Assembly: GCA_964016885.1 (NCBI GenBank)
Contig: OZ024742.1
Span: 369,396,001 to 369,460,000 of the forward strand
Origin: Eledone cirrhosa
Lineage: Eukaryota
Direction: 5' to 3'
DNA length: 64,000 bases
Shown: positions 30,601 to 45,259 of the stretch, piece by piece
How the letters are laid out: each line of letters starts with the position of its first letter
How positions within the stretch are numbered: the first letter of the stretch is position 1
The notes under the pieces: model-generated
Database searches by the model: none
Told to the model about the DNA's origin: nothing
The model's input: only the letters and a program-made list of their open reading frames with translations
Program-made: the position numbers and the translations under genes

Positions 30601-32029
30601 TGATGTCTGGTCTATATACAGTGTTATGAGCAACTGTACAGATGTCATGTTCAAATGTTGTATGATCACCATATTATATCTGTTGGCCAGTGATGTCTGG
30701 TCTATATACAGTGTTATGAGCAACTGTACAGATGTCAGGTTCAAATGTTGTATGATCACCATATTATATCTGTTGGCCAGTGATGCCTGGTCTATATACA
30801 GTGTTATGAGCAACTCTAAAGATGTCATGTTCAAATGTTGTATGATCACCATATTATATCTGTTGGCCAGTGATGTCTGGTCTATATACAGTGTTATGAG
30901 CAACTCTACAGATGTCATGTTCAAATGTTGTATGATCACCATATTATATCTGTTAGCCAGTGATATCTGGTCTATATACAGTGTTATGAGCAACTGTACA
31001 GATGTCATGTTCAAATGTTGTATGATCACCATATTATATCTGTTGGCCAGTGATATCTGGTCTATATACAGTGTTATGAGCAACTCTACAGATCTCTTGT
31101 TCAAATGTTGTATGATCACCATATTATATCTGTTGGCCAGTGATATCTGCTCTATATACAGTGTTATGAGCAACTCTACAGATCTCTTGTTCAAATGTTG
31201 TATGATCACCATATTATATCTGTTGGCCAGTGATGTCTGGTCTATATACAGTGTTATGAGCAACTCTACAGATGTCATGTTCAAATGTTGTATGATCACC
31301 ATATTATATCTGTTGGCCAGTGATGTCTGGTCTATATACAGTGTTATGAGCAACTGTACAGATCTCATGTTCAAATGTTGTATGATCACCATATTATATC
31401 TGTTGGCCAGTGATGTCTGGTCTATATACAGTGTTATGAGCAACTGTACAGATCTCATGTTCAAATGTTGTATGATCACCATATTATATCTGTTGGCCAG
31501 TGATGTCTGGTCTATATACAGTGTTATGAGCAACTGTACAGATGTCATGTTCAAATGTTGTATGGTCACCATATTATATCTGTTGGCCAGTGATGTCTGG
31601 TCTATATAAAGTGTTATGAGCAACTGTACAGATGTCATGTTCAAATGTTGTATGATCACCATATCATATCTGTTGGCCAGTGATGTCTGGTCTATATACA
31701 GTGATATGAGCAACTGTACAGATGTCATGTTTAAATGTTGTATGATCACCATATTATGTCTGTTGGCCAGTGATGTCTGGTCTATATACAGTGTTATGAG
31801 CAACTGTACAGATGTCATGTTCAAATGTTGTATGATCGCAATATTATATCTGTTGGCCAGTGATGTCTGGTCTATATACAGTGATATGAGCAACTCTACA
31901 GATGTCATGTTCAAATGTTGTATGATCACCATATTATATCTGTTGGCCAGTGATGTCTGCTCTATATACAGTGTTATGAGCAACTGTACAGATGTCATGT
32001 TCAGATGTTGTATGATCACCATATTATAT

Positions 32030-35000
32030 CTGTTGGCCAGTGATGTCTGGTCTATATACAGTGTTATGAGCAACTGTACAGATGTCATGTTCAGATGTTG
32101 TATGATCACCATATTATATCTGTTGGCCAGTGATGTCGGGTCTATATACAGTGTTATGAGCAACTCTAAAGATGTCATGTTCAAATGTTGTATGATCACC
32201 ATATTATATCTGTTGGCCAGTGATGTCTGGTCTATATACAGTGTTATGAGCAACTCTACAGATCTCTTGTTCAAATGTTGTATGATCACCATATTATATC
32301 TGTTGGCCAGTGATGTCTGGTCTATATACAGTAATATGAGCAACTCTACAGATGTCATGTTCAAATGTTGTATGATCACCATATTATATCTGTTGGCCAG
32401 TGATGTCTGGTCTATATACAGTGATATGAGCAACTGTACAGATGTCTTGTTCAAATGTTGTATGATCACCATATTATATCTGTTGGCCAGTGATGTCTGG
32501 TCTATATACAGTGTTATGAGCAACTGTACAGATGTCATGTTCAAATGTTGTATGATCGCAATATTATATCTGTTGGCCAGTGATGTCTGGTCTATATACA
32601 GTGTTATGAGCAACTGTACAGATGTCATGTTCAAATGTTGTATGATCACCATATTATATCTGTTGGCCAGTGATGTCTGGTCTATATACAGTGTTATGAG
32701 CAACTGTACAGATGTCATGTTCAGATGTTGTATGATCACCATATTATATCTGTTGGCCAGTGATGTCTGGTCTATATACAGTGTTATGAGCAACTGTACA
32801 GATGTCATGTTCAAATGTTATATGATCACCATATTATATCTGTTGGCCAGTGATATCTGGTTTATATACACTGTTATGAGCAACTCTACAGATCTCATGT
32901 TCAAATGTTATATGATCACCATATTATATCTGTTGGCCAGTGATGTCTGGTCTATATACACTGTTATGAGCAACTGTACAGATGTCATGTTCAAATGTTA
33001 TATGATCACCATATTATATCTGTTGGCCAGTGATATCTGGTCTATATACAGTGTTATGAGCAACTCTACAGATCTCTTGTTCAAATGTTGTATGATCACC
33101 ATATTATATATGTTGGCCAGTGATGTCTGGTCTATATACAATGTTATGAGCAACTGTACAGATGTCATGTTCAAATGTTGTATGATCACCATATTATATC
33201 TGTTGGCCAGTGATGTCTGGTCTATATACAGTGTTATGAGCTACTCTAAAGATGTCATGTTCAGATGTTGTATGATAACCATATTATATCTGTTGGCAAG
33301 TGATGTCTGGTCTATATACAGTGTTATGAGCAACTGTACAGATCTCATGTTCAAATGTTGTATGATCACCATATTATATCTGTTGGCCAGTGATGTCTGG
33401 TCTATATACAGTGTTATGAGCAACTGTACAGATGTCATGTTCAAATGTTGTATGATCACCATGTTATATCTGTTGGCCAGTGATATCTGGTCTATATCCA
33501 GTGTTATGAGCAACTGTACAGATCTCATGTTCAAATGTTGTATGATCACCATATTATATCTGTTGGCCAGTGATGTCTGGTCTATATACAGTGTTATGAG
33601 CAACTCTACAGATGTCATGTTGAAATGTTGTATGATCACCATATTATATCTGTTGGCCAGTGATGTCTGGTCTATATACAGTGTTATGAGCAACTGTACA
33701 GATGTCATGTTCAGATGTTGTATGATCACCATATTATATCTGTTGGCCAGTGATGTCGGGTCTATATACAGTAATATGAGCAACTCTACAGATGTCATGT
33801 TCAAATGTTGTATGATCACCATATTATATCTGTTGGCCAGTGATGTCTGGTCTATATACAGTGATATGAGCAACTGTACAGATGTCTTGTTCAAATGTTG
33901 TATGATCACCATATTATATCTGTTGGCCAGTGATGTCTGGTCTATATACAGTGTTATGAGCAACTGTACAGATGTCATGTTCAAATGTTGTATGATCGCA
34001 ATATTATATCTGTTGGCCAGTGATGTCTGGTCTATATACAGTGTTATGAGCAACTGTACAGATGTCATGTTCAAATGTTGTATGATCACCATATTATATC
34101 TGTTGGCCAGTGATGTCTGGTCTATATACAGTGTTATGAGCAACTGTACAGATGTCATGTTCAGATGTTGTATGATCACCATATTATATCTGTTGGACAG
34201 TGATGTCTGGTCTATATACAGTGTTATGAGCAACTGTACAGATGTCATGTTCAAAGGTTATATGATCACCATATTATATCTGTTGGCCAGTGATATCTGG
34301 TTTATATACACTGTTATGAGCAACTCTACAGATCTCATGTTCAAATGTTATATGATCACCATATTATATCTGTTGGCCAGTGATGTCTGGTCTATATACA
34401 CTGTTATGAGCAACTGTACAGATGTCATGTTCAAATGTTATATGATCACCATATTATATCTGTTGGCCAGTGATATCTGGTCTATATACAGTGTTATGAG
34501 CAACTCTACAGATCTCTTGTTCAAATGTTGTATGATCACCATATTATATATGTTGGCCAGTGATGTCTGGTCTATATACAGTGTTATGAGCAACTGTACA
34601 GATGTCATGTTCAAATGTTGTATGATCACCATATTATATCTGTTGGCCAGTGATGTCTGGTCTATATACAGTGTTATGAGCTACTCTAAAGATGTCATGT
34701 TCAGATGTTGTATGATAACCATATTATATCTGTTGGCAAGTGATGTCTGGTCTATATACAGTGTTATGAGCAACTGTACAGATCTCATGTTCAAATGTTG
34801 TATGATCACCATATTATATCTGTTGGCCAGTGATGTCTGGTCTATATACAGTGTTATGAGCAACTGTACAGATGTCATGTTCAAATGTTGTATGATCACC
34901 ATGTTATATCTGTTGGCCAGTGATATCTGGTCTATATCCAGTGTTATGAGCAACTGTACAGATCTCATGTTCAAATGTTGTATGATCACCATATTATATC

Positions 35001-35100
35001 TGTTGGCCAGTGATGTCTGGTCTATATACAGTGTTATGAGCAACTCTACAGATGTCATGTTGAAATGTTGTATGATCACCATATTATATCTGTTGGCCAG
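32030..35100. repeat. Tandem 18-mer/16-mer duplication (1620 bp, reduced to 1440 bp)
   Basis: Minus-strand ORFs 32998..33192 and 34438..34632 are identical (offset 1440). Markers GCTACTCTAAA, GATAACC, GGCAAG and TATCCAG repeat at 1440 bp. GTCGGG repeats at 1620 bp (32138 and 33758). Confidence 0.88.
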
Positions 35101-35239
35101 TGATGTCTGGTCTATATACAGTGATATGAGCAACTCTACAGATGTCATGTTCAAATGTTGTATGATCACCATATTATATCTGTTGGCCAGTGATGTCTGG
35201 TCTATATACAGTGTTATGAACAACTCTACAGATCTCTTG

Positions 35240-38200
35240 TTCAAATGTTGTATGATCACCATATTATATCTGTTGGCCAGTGATGTCTGGTCTATATACA
35301 GTGTTATGAGCAACTCTACAGATGTCATGTTGAAATGTTGTATGATCACCATATTATATCTGTTGGCCAGTGATATCTGGTCTATATACAGTGATATGAG
35401 CAACTGTACAGATGTCATGTTCAAATGTTGTATGATCACCATATTATATCTGTTGGCCAGTGATGTCTGGTCTATATACAGTGTTATGAGCAACTGTACA
35501 GATGTCATGTTCAAATGTTGTATGATCACCATATTATATCTGTTGGCCAGTGATATCTGGTCTATATACAGTGATATGAGCAACTGTACAGATGTCATGT
35601 TCAAATGTTGTATGATCACCATATTATATCTGTTGGCCAGTGATATCTGGTCTATATACAGTGATATGAGCAACTGTACAGATCACTTGTTCAAATGTTG
35701 TATGATCACCATATTATATCTGTTGGCCAGTGATGTCTGGTCTATATACAGTGATATGAGCAACTCTACAGATGTCATGTTCAAATGTTGTATGATCACC
35801 ATATTATATCTGTTGGCCAGTGATGTCTGGTCTATATCCAGTGATATGAGCAACTCTAAAGACCTCATGTTCAATTGTTATATGATCACCATATTATATC
35901 TGTTGGCCAGTGACGTCTGGTCTATATACAGTGTTATGAGCAACTCTACAGATGTCATGTTCAAATGTTGTATGATCACCATATTATATCTGTTGACCAG
36001 TGATGTCTGGTCTATATACAGTGATATGAGCAACTCTACAGATGTCATGTTCAAATGTTGTATGATCACCATATTATATCTGTTGGCCAGTGATGTCTGG
36101 TCTATATACAGTGTTATGAGCAACTGTACAGATGTCATGTTCGAATGTTGTATGATCACCATATTATATCTGTTGGCCAGTGATGTCTGGTCTATATACA
36201 GTGTTATGAGCAACTCTACAGATCTCATGTTCAAATGTTGTATGATCACCATATTATATCTGTTGGCCAGTGATGTCTGGTCTATATACAGTGTTATGGG
36301 CAACTGTACAGATCTCATGTTCAAATGTTGTATGATCACCATATTATATCTGTTGGCCAGTAATGTCTGGTCTATATACAGTGTTATGAGCAACTCTACA
36401 GATCTCATGTTCAAATGTTGTATGATCACCATATTATATCTGTTGGCCAGTGATGCCTGGTCTATATACAGTGTAATGAGCAACTCTACAGATGTCATGT
36501 TCAAATGTTGTATGATCACCATATTATATCTGTTGGCCAGTGATGTCTGGTCTATATACAGTGTTATGAGCAACTCTACAGATCTCATGTTCAAATGTTG
36601 TATGATCACCATATTATATCTGTTGGCCAGTGATGTCTGGTCTACATACAGTGTTATGAGCAACTCTACAGATGTCATGTACAAATGTTGTATGATCACC
36701 ATATTATATCTGATGGCCAGTGATATCTGGTCTATATACAGTGTTATGAGCAACTGTACAGATGTCATGTTCAAATGGTGTATGATCAACATATTATATC
36801 TGTTGGCCAGTGATGTCTGGTCTATATACAGTGTTATGAGCAACTCTACAGATCTCTTGTTCAAATGTTGTATGATCACCATATTATATCTGTTGGCCAG
36901 TGATGTTTGGTCTATACACAGTGTTATGAGCAACTCTACAGATCTCATGTTCAAATGTTGTATGATCACCATATTATATCTGTTGGCCAGTGATGTCTGG
37001 TCTATATACAGTGTTATGAGCAACTGTACAGATCTCATGTTCAAAATTTGTATGATCACCATATTATATCTGTTGGCCAGTGATGTCTGGTCTATATACA
37101 GTGATATGAGCAACTCTACAGATGTCATGTTCAAATGTTGTATGATCACCATATTATATCTGTTGGCCAGTGATGTCTGGTCTATATACAGTGTTATGAG
37201 CAACTCTACAGATGTCATGTTCAAATGTTGTATGATCACCATATTATATCTGTTGACCAGTGATGTCTGGTCTATATACAGTGATATGAGCAACTGTACA
37301 GATCTCATGTTCAAATGTTGTATGATCACCATATTATATCTGTTGGCCAGTGATGTCTGGTCTATATACAGTGTTATGAGCAACTGTACAGATCTCATGT
37401 TCAAATGTTGTATGATCACCATATTATATCTGTTGGCCAGTGATGTCTGGTCTATATACAGTGTTATGAGCAACTCTACAGATCTCATGTTCAAATGTTG
37501 TATGATCACCATATTATATCTGTTGGCCAGTGATGCCTGGTCTATATACAGTGTAATGAGCAACTGTACAGATGTCATGTTCAAATGTTGTATGATCACC
37601 ATATTATATCTGTTGGCCAGTGATGTCTGGTCTATATACAGTGTTATGAGCAACTCTACAGATGTCATGTTGAAATGTTGTATGATCACCATATTATATC
37701 TGTTGGCCAGTGATATCTGGTCTATATACAGTGATATGAGCAACTGTACAGATGTCATGTTCAAATGTTGTATGATCACCATATTATATCTGTTGGCCAG
37801 TGATGTCTGGTCTATATACAGTGTTATGAGCAACTGTACAGATGTCATGTTCAAATGTTGTATGATCACCATATTATATCTGTTGGCCAGTGATATCTGG
37901 TCTATATACAGTGATATGAGCAACTGTACAGATGTCATGTTCAAATGTTGTATGATCACCATATTATATCTGTTGGCCAGTGATATCTGGTCTATATACA
38001 GTGATATGAGCAACTGTACAGATCACTTGTTCAAATGTTGTATGATCACCATATTATATCTGTTGGCCAGTGATGTCTGGTCTATATACAGTGATATGAG
38101 CAACTCTACAGATGTCATGTTCAAATGTTGTATGATCACCATATTATATCTGTTGGCCAGTGATGTCTGGTCTATATCCAGTGATATGAGCAACTCTAAA

Positions 38201-39905
38201 GACCTCATGTTCAATTGTTATATGATCACCATATTATATCTGTTGGCCAGTGACGTCTGGTCTATATACAGTGTTATGAGCAACTCTACAGATGTCATGT
38301 TCAAATGTTGTATGATCACCATATTATATCTGTTGACCAGTGATGTCTGGTCTATATACAGTGATATGAGCAACTCTACAGATGTCATGTTCAAATGTTG
38401 TATGATCACCATATTATATCTGTTGGCCAGTGATGTCTGGTCTATATACAGTGTTATGAGCAACTGTACAGATGTCATGTTCGAATGTTGTATGATCACC
38501 ATATTATATCTGTTGGCCAGTGATGTCTGGTCTATATACAGTGTTATGAGCAACTCTACAGATCTCATGTTCAAATGTTGTATGATCACCATATTATATC
38601 TGTTGGCCAGTGATGTCTGGTCTATATACAGTGTTATGGGCAACTGTACAGATCTCATGTTCAAATGTTGTATGATCACCATATTATATCTGTTGGCCAG
38701 TAATGTCTGGTCTATATACAGTGTTATGAGCAACTCTACAGATCTCATGTTCAAATGTTGTATGATCACCATATTATATCTGTTGGCCAGTGATGCCTGG
38801 TCTATATACAGTGTAATGAGCAACTCTACAGATGTCATGTTCAAATGTTGTATGATCACCATATTATATCTGTTGGCCAGTGATGTCTGGTCTATATACA
38901 GTGTTATGAGCAACTCTACAGATCTCATGTTCAAATGTTGTATGATCACCATATTATATCTGTTGGCCAGTGATGTCTGGTCTACATACAGTGTTATGAG
39001 CAACTCTACAGATGTCATGTACAAATGTTGTATGATCACCATATTATATCTGATGGCCAGTGATATCTGGTCTATATACAGTGTTATGAGCAACTGTACA
39101 GATGTCATGTTCAAATGGTGTATGATCAACATATTATATCTGTTGGCCAGTGATGTCTGGTCTATATACAGTGTTATGAGCAACTCTACAGATCTCTTGT
39201 TCAAATGTTGTATGATCACCATATTATATCTGTTGGCCAGTGATGTTTGGTCTATACACAGTGTTATGAGCAACTCTACAGATCTCATGTTCAAATGTTG
39301 TATGATCACCATATTATATCTGTTGGCCAGTGATGTCTGGTCTATATACAGTGTTATGAGCAACTGTACAGATCTCATGTTCAAAATTTGTATGATCACC
39401 ATATTATATCTGTTGGCCAGTGATGTCTGGTCTATATACAGTGATATGAGCAACTCTACAGATGTCATGTTCAAATGTTGTATGATCACCATATTATATC
39501 TGTTGGCCAGTGATGTCTGGTCTATATACAGTGTTATGAGCAACTCTACAGATGTCATGTTCAAATGTTGTATGATCACCATATTATATCTGTTGACCAG
39601 TGATGTCTGGTCTATATACAGTGATATGAGCAACTGTACAGATCTCATGTTCAAATGTTGTATGATCACCATATTATATCTGTTGGCCAGTGATGTCTGG
39701 TCTATATACAGTGTTATGAGCAACTGTACAGATCTCATGTTCAAATGTTGTATGATCACCATATTATATCTGTTGGCCAGTGATGTCTGGTCTATATACA
39801 GTGTTATGAGCAACTCTACAGATCTCATGTTCAAATGTTGTATGATCACCATATTATATCTGTTGGCCAGTGATGCCTGGTCTATATACAGTGTAATGAG
39901 CAACT
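35240..39905. repeat. Tandem 26-mer (2340-bp) duplication, apparently near-identical copies
   Basis: ORFs 35683..35874 and 38023..38214 are identical (offset 2340). Rare markers GATCACTTG, TTCGAA, CAGTAATG, CTGATGG, GATCAAC and AAAATTTG all recur at 2340 bp. Confidence 0.92.
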
Positions 39906-41436
39906 CTACAGATGTCATGTTCAAATGTTGTATGATCACCATATTATATCTGTTGGCCAGTGATGTCTGGTCTATATACAGTGTTATGAGCAACTCTACA
40001 GATCTCATGTTCAAATGTTGTATGATCACCATATTATATCTGTTGGCCAGTGATGCCTGGTCTATATACAGTGTTATGAGCAACTCTACAGATGTCATGT
40101 TCACATGTTGTATGATCACCATATTATATCTGTTGGCCAGTGATGTCTGGTCTATATACAGTGTTATGAGCAACTCTACAGATCTCTTGTTCAAATGTTG
40201 TATGATCACCATATTATATCTGTTGGCCAGTGATGTCTGGTCTATATACAGTGACATGAGCAACTGTACAGATGTCATGTTCAAACGTTGTATGATCACC
40301 ATATTATATCTGTTGGCCAGTGATGTCTGGTCTATATACAGTGATATGAGCAACTCTACAGATGTCATGTTCAAATGTTGAATGATCACCATATTATATC
40401 TGTTGGCCAGTGATGTCTGGTCTACATACAGTGTTATGAGCAACTCTACAGATGTCATGTTCAAATGTTGTATGATCACCATATTATATCTGTTGGCCAG
40501 TGATGTCTGGTCTATATAGAGTGTTATGAGCAACTGTACAGATGTCATGTTCAAATGGTGTATGATCACCATATTATATCTGTTGGCCAGTGATGTCTGG
40601 TCTATATACAGTGTTATGAGCAACTCTACACATGTCATGTTCAAATGTTGTATGATCACCATATTATATCTGTTGGCCAGTGATGTCTGGTCTATATACA
40701 GTGTTATGAGCAACTCTAAAGATCTCATGTTCAAATGTTATATGATCACCATATTATATCTGTTGGCCAGTGATGTCTGGTCTATATACAGTGTTATGAG
40801 CAACTCTACAGATGTCATGTTCAAATGTTGTATGATCACCATATTATATCTGTTGGCCAGTGGTGTCTGGTCTATATACAGTGATATGAGCAACTCTACA
40901 GATGTCATGTTCAAATGTTGTATGATCACCATATTATATCTGTTGGCCAGTGATGTCTGGTCTATATACAGTGATATGAGCAACTGTACAGATCTCATGT
41001 TCAAATGTTGTATGATCACCATATTATATCTGTTGGCCAGTGATGTCTGGTCTATATACAGTGATATGAGCAACTGTACAGATCTCATGTTCAAATGTTA
41101 TATGATCACCATATTATATCTGTTGGCCAGTGATGTCTGGTCTATATACAGTGTTATGAGCAACTCTACAGATCGCATGTTCAAATGTTGTATGATCACC
41201 ATATTATATCTGTTGGCCAGTGATGTCTGGTCTATATACAGTGATATGAGCAACTCTACAGATGTCATGTTCAAATGTTGTATGATCACCATATTATATC
41301 CGTTGGCCAGTGATGTCTGGTCTATATACAGTGTTATGAGCAACTGTACAGATCTCATGTTCAAATGTTGTATGATCACCATATTATATCTGTTGGCCAG
41401 TGATGTCTGGTCTATATACAGTGTTATGAGCAACTC
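38960..41436. repeat. Dispersed copy of block about 20604-23080 (offset 18356 bp, 204 monomers)
   Basis: ORFs 22382..22738 and 40738..41094 are identical. TGA markers at 22025/40381 and ORF starts at 22170/40526 share the offset 18356. Confidence 0.87.
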
Positions 41437-43029
41437 TACAGATCTCATGTTCAAATGTTGTATGATCACCATATTATATCTGTTGGCCAGTGATGTCTGG
41501 TCTATATACAGTGTTATGAGCAACTCTACAGATCTCATGTTCAAATGTTGTATGATCACCATATTATATCTGTTGGCCAGTGATGTCTGGTCTATATACA
41601 GTGTTATGAGCAACTGTACAGATCTCATGTTCAAATGTTGTATGATCACCATATTATATCTGTTGGCCAGTGATGTCTGGTCTATATACAGTGTTATGAG
41701 CAACTCTACAGATCGCATGTTCAAATGTTGTATGATCACCATATTATATCTGTTGGCCAGTGATGTCTGGTCTATATACAGTGTTATGAGCAACTCTACA
41801 GATCGCATGTTCAAATGTTGTATGATCACCATATTATATCTGTTGGCCAGTGATGTCTGGTCTATATACAGTGACATGAGCAACTGTACAGATGTCATGT
41901 TCAAATGTTGTATGATCACCATATTATATCTGTTGGCCAGTGATGTCTGGTCTACATACAGTGTTATGAGCAACTCTACAGATGTCATGTTCAAATGTTG
42001 TATGATCACCATATTATATCTGTTGGCCAGTGATGTCTGGTCTATATACAGTGACATGAGCAACTGTACAGATGTCATGTTCAAATGTTGTATGATCACC
42101 ATATTATATCTGTTGGCCAGTGATGTCTGGTCTATATACAGTGACATGAGCAACTGTACAGATGTCATGTTCAAATGTTGTATGATCACCATATTATATC
42201 TGTTGGCCAGTGATGTCTGGTCTATATACAGTGTTATGAGCAACTGTACAGATCGCATGTTCAAATGTTGTATGATCACCATATTATATCTGTTGGCCAG
42301 TGATGTCTGGTCTATATACAGTGTTATGGGCAACTCTACAGATCTCTTGTTCAAATGTTGTATGATCACCATATTATATCTGTTGGCCAGTGATGTCTGG
42401 TCTATATACAGTGACATGAGCAACTGTACAGATGTCATGTTCAAATGTTGTATGATCACCATATTATATCTGTTGGCCAGTGATGTCTGGTCTATATACA
42501 GTGATATGGGCAACTCTACAGATGTCATGTTCAAATGTTGTATGATCACCATATTATATCTGTTGGCCAGTGATGTCTGGTCTACATACAGTGTTATGAG
42601 CAACTCTACAGATGTCATGTACAAATGTTGTATGATCACCATATTATATCTGTTGGCCAGTGATATCTGGTCTATATACAGTGTTATGAGCAACTGTACA
42701 GATGTCATGTTCAAATGGTGTATGATCACCATATTATATCTGTTGGCCAGTGATGTCTGGTCTATATACAGTGTTATGAGCAACTCTACAGATCTCTTGT
42801 TCAAATGTTGTATGATCACCATATTATATCTGTTGGCCAGTGATGTCTGGTCTATATACAGTGATATGAGCAACTCTACAGATGTCATGTTCAAATGTTG
42901 TATGATCACCATATTATATCTGTTGGCCAGTGATGTCTGGTCTATATCCAGTGATATGAGCAACTCTAAAGACCTCATGTTCAATTGTTATATGATCACC
43001 ATATTATATCTGTTGGCCAGTGACGTCTG

Positions 43030-43960
43030 GTCTATATACAGTGTTATGAGCAACTCTACAGATGTCATGTTCAAATGTTGTATGATCACCATATTATATC
43101 TGTTGACGAGTGATGTCTGGTCTATATACAGTGATATGAGCAACTCTACAGATGTCATGTTCAAATGTTGTATGATCACCATTTTATATCTGTTGGCCAG
43201 TGATGTCTGGTCTATATACAGTGTTATGAGCAACTGTACAGATGTCATGTTCGAATGTTGTATGATCACCATATTATATCTGTTGGCCAGTGATGTCTGG
43301 TCTATATACAGTGTTATGAGCAACTCTACAGATCTCATGTTCAAATGTTGTATGATCACCATATTATATCTGTTGGCCAGTGATGTCTGGTCTATATACA
43401 GTGTTATGGGCAACTGTACAGATCTCATGTTCAAATGTTGTATGATCACCATATTATATCTGTTGGCCAGTAATGTCTGGTCTATATACAGTGTTATGAG
43501 CAACTCTACAGATGTCATGTTCAAATGTTGTATGATCACCATATTATATCTGTTGACGAGTGATGTCTGGTCTATATACAGTGATATGAGCAACTCTACA
43601 GATGTCATGTTCAAATGTTGTATGATCACCATTTTATATCTGTTGGCCAGTGATGTCTGGTCTATATACAGTGTTATGAGCAACTGTACAGATGTCATGT
43701 TCGAATGTTGTATGATCACCATATTATATCTGTTGGCCAGTGATGTCTGGTCTATATACAGTGTTATGAGCAACTCTACAGATCTCATGTTCAAATGTTG
43801 TATGATCACCATATTATATCTGTTGGCCAGTGATGTCTGGTCTATATACAGTGTTATGGGCAACTGTACAGATCTCATGTTCAAATGTTGTATGATCACC
43901 ATATTATATCTGTTGGCCAGTAATGTCTGGTCTATATACAGTGTTATGAGCAACTCTACA
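43030..43960. repeat. Tandem 5-mer (450-bp) duplication; recurs at about 55250-55900
   Basis: TTGACGAG at about 43103/43553, ATTTTATATC at 43181/43631, TTCGAA at about 43250/43700. The same pair occurs at about 55250/55700. Confidence 0.88.
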
Positions 43961-45259
43961 GATCTCATGTTCAAATGTTGTATGATCACCATATTATATC
44001 TGTTGGCCAGTGATGCCTGGTCTATATACAGTGTAATGAGCAACTCTACAGATGTCATGTTCAAATGTTGTATGATCACCATATTATATCTGTTGGCCAG
44101 TGATGTCTGGTCTATATACAGTGTTATGAGCAACTCTACAGATCTCATGTTCAAATGTTGTATGATCACCATATTATATCTGTTGGCCAGTGATGCCTGG
44201 TCTATATACAGTGTTATGAGCAACTCTACAGATGTCATGTTCAAATGTAGTATGATCACCATATTATATCTGTTGGCCATTGATGTCTGGTCTATATAGA
44301 GTGTTATGAGCAACTGTACAGATGTCATGTTCAAATGTTGTATGATCACCATATTATATCTGTTGGCCAGTGATGTCTGGTCTATATACAGTGTTATGAA
44401 CAACTCTACAGATCTCTTGTTCAAATGTTGTATGATCACCATATTATATCTGTTGGCCAGTGATGTCTGGTCTATATACAGTGTTATGAGCAACTGTACA
44501 GATCTCATGTTCAAATGTTGTATGATCACCATATTATATCTGTTGGCCAGTGATGTCTGGTCTATATACAGTGTTATGAGCAACTGTACAGATGTCATGT
44601 TCAAATGTTGTATGATCACCATATTATATCTGTTGGCCAGTGATGTCTGGTCTATATACAGTGATATGAGCAACTCTACAGATGTCATGTTCAAATGTTG
44701 TATGATCACCATATTATATCTGTTGGCCAGTGATGTCTGGTCTATATCCAGTGATATGAGCAACTCTAAAGACCTCATGTTCAATTGTTATATGATCACC
44801 ATATTATATCTGTTGGCCAGTGACGTCTGGTCTATATACAGTGTTATGAGCAACTCTACAGATGTCATGTTCAAATGTTGTATGATCACCATATTATATC
44901 TGTTGACGAGTGATGTCTGGTCTATATACAGTGATATGAGCAACTCTACAGATGTCATGTTCAAATGTTGTATGATCACCATTTTATATCTGTTGGCCAG
45001 TGATGTCTGGTCTATATACAGTGTTATGAGCAACTGTACAGATGTCATGTTCGAATGTTGTATGATCACCATATTATATCTGTTGGCCAGTGATGTCTGG
45101 TCTATATACAGTGTTATGAGCAACTCTACAGATCTCATGTTCAAATGTTGTATGATCACCATATTATATCTGTTGGCCAGTGATGTCTGGTCTATATACA
45201 GTGTTATGGGCAACTGTACAGATCTCATGTTCAAATGTTGTATGATCACCATATTATAT

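Noticed and set aside
36140-36160. CENP-B box at the TTCGAA variant
   Set aside because: The motif needs TTCG-N4-A-N2-CGGG. The sequence here is TTCGAATGTTGTATG, lacking the A and the CGGG.
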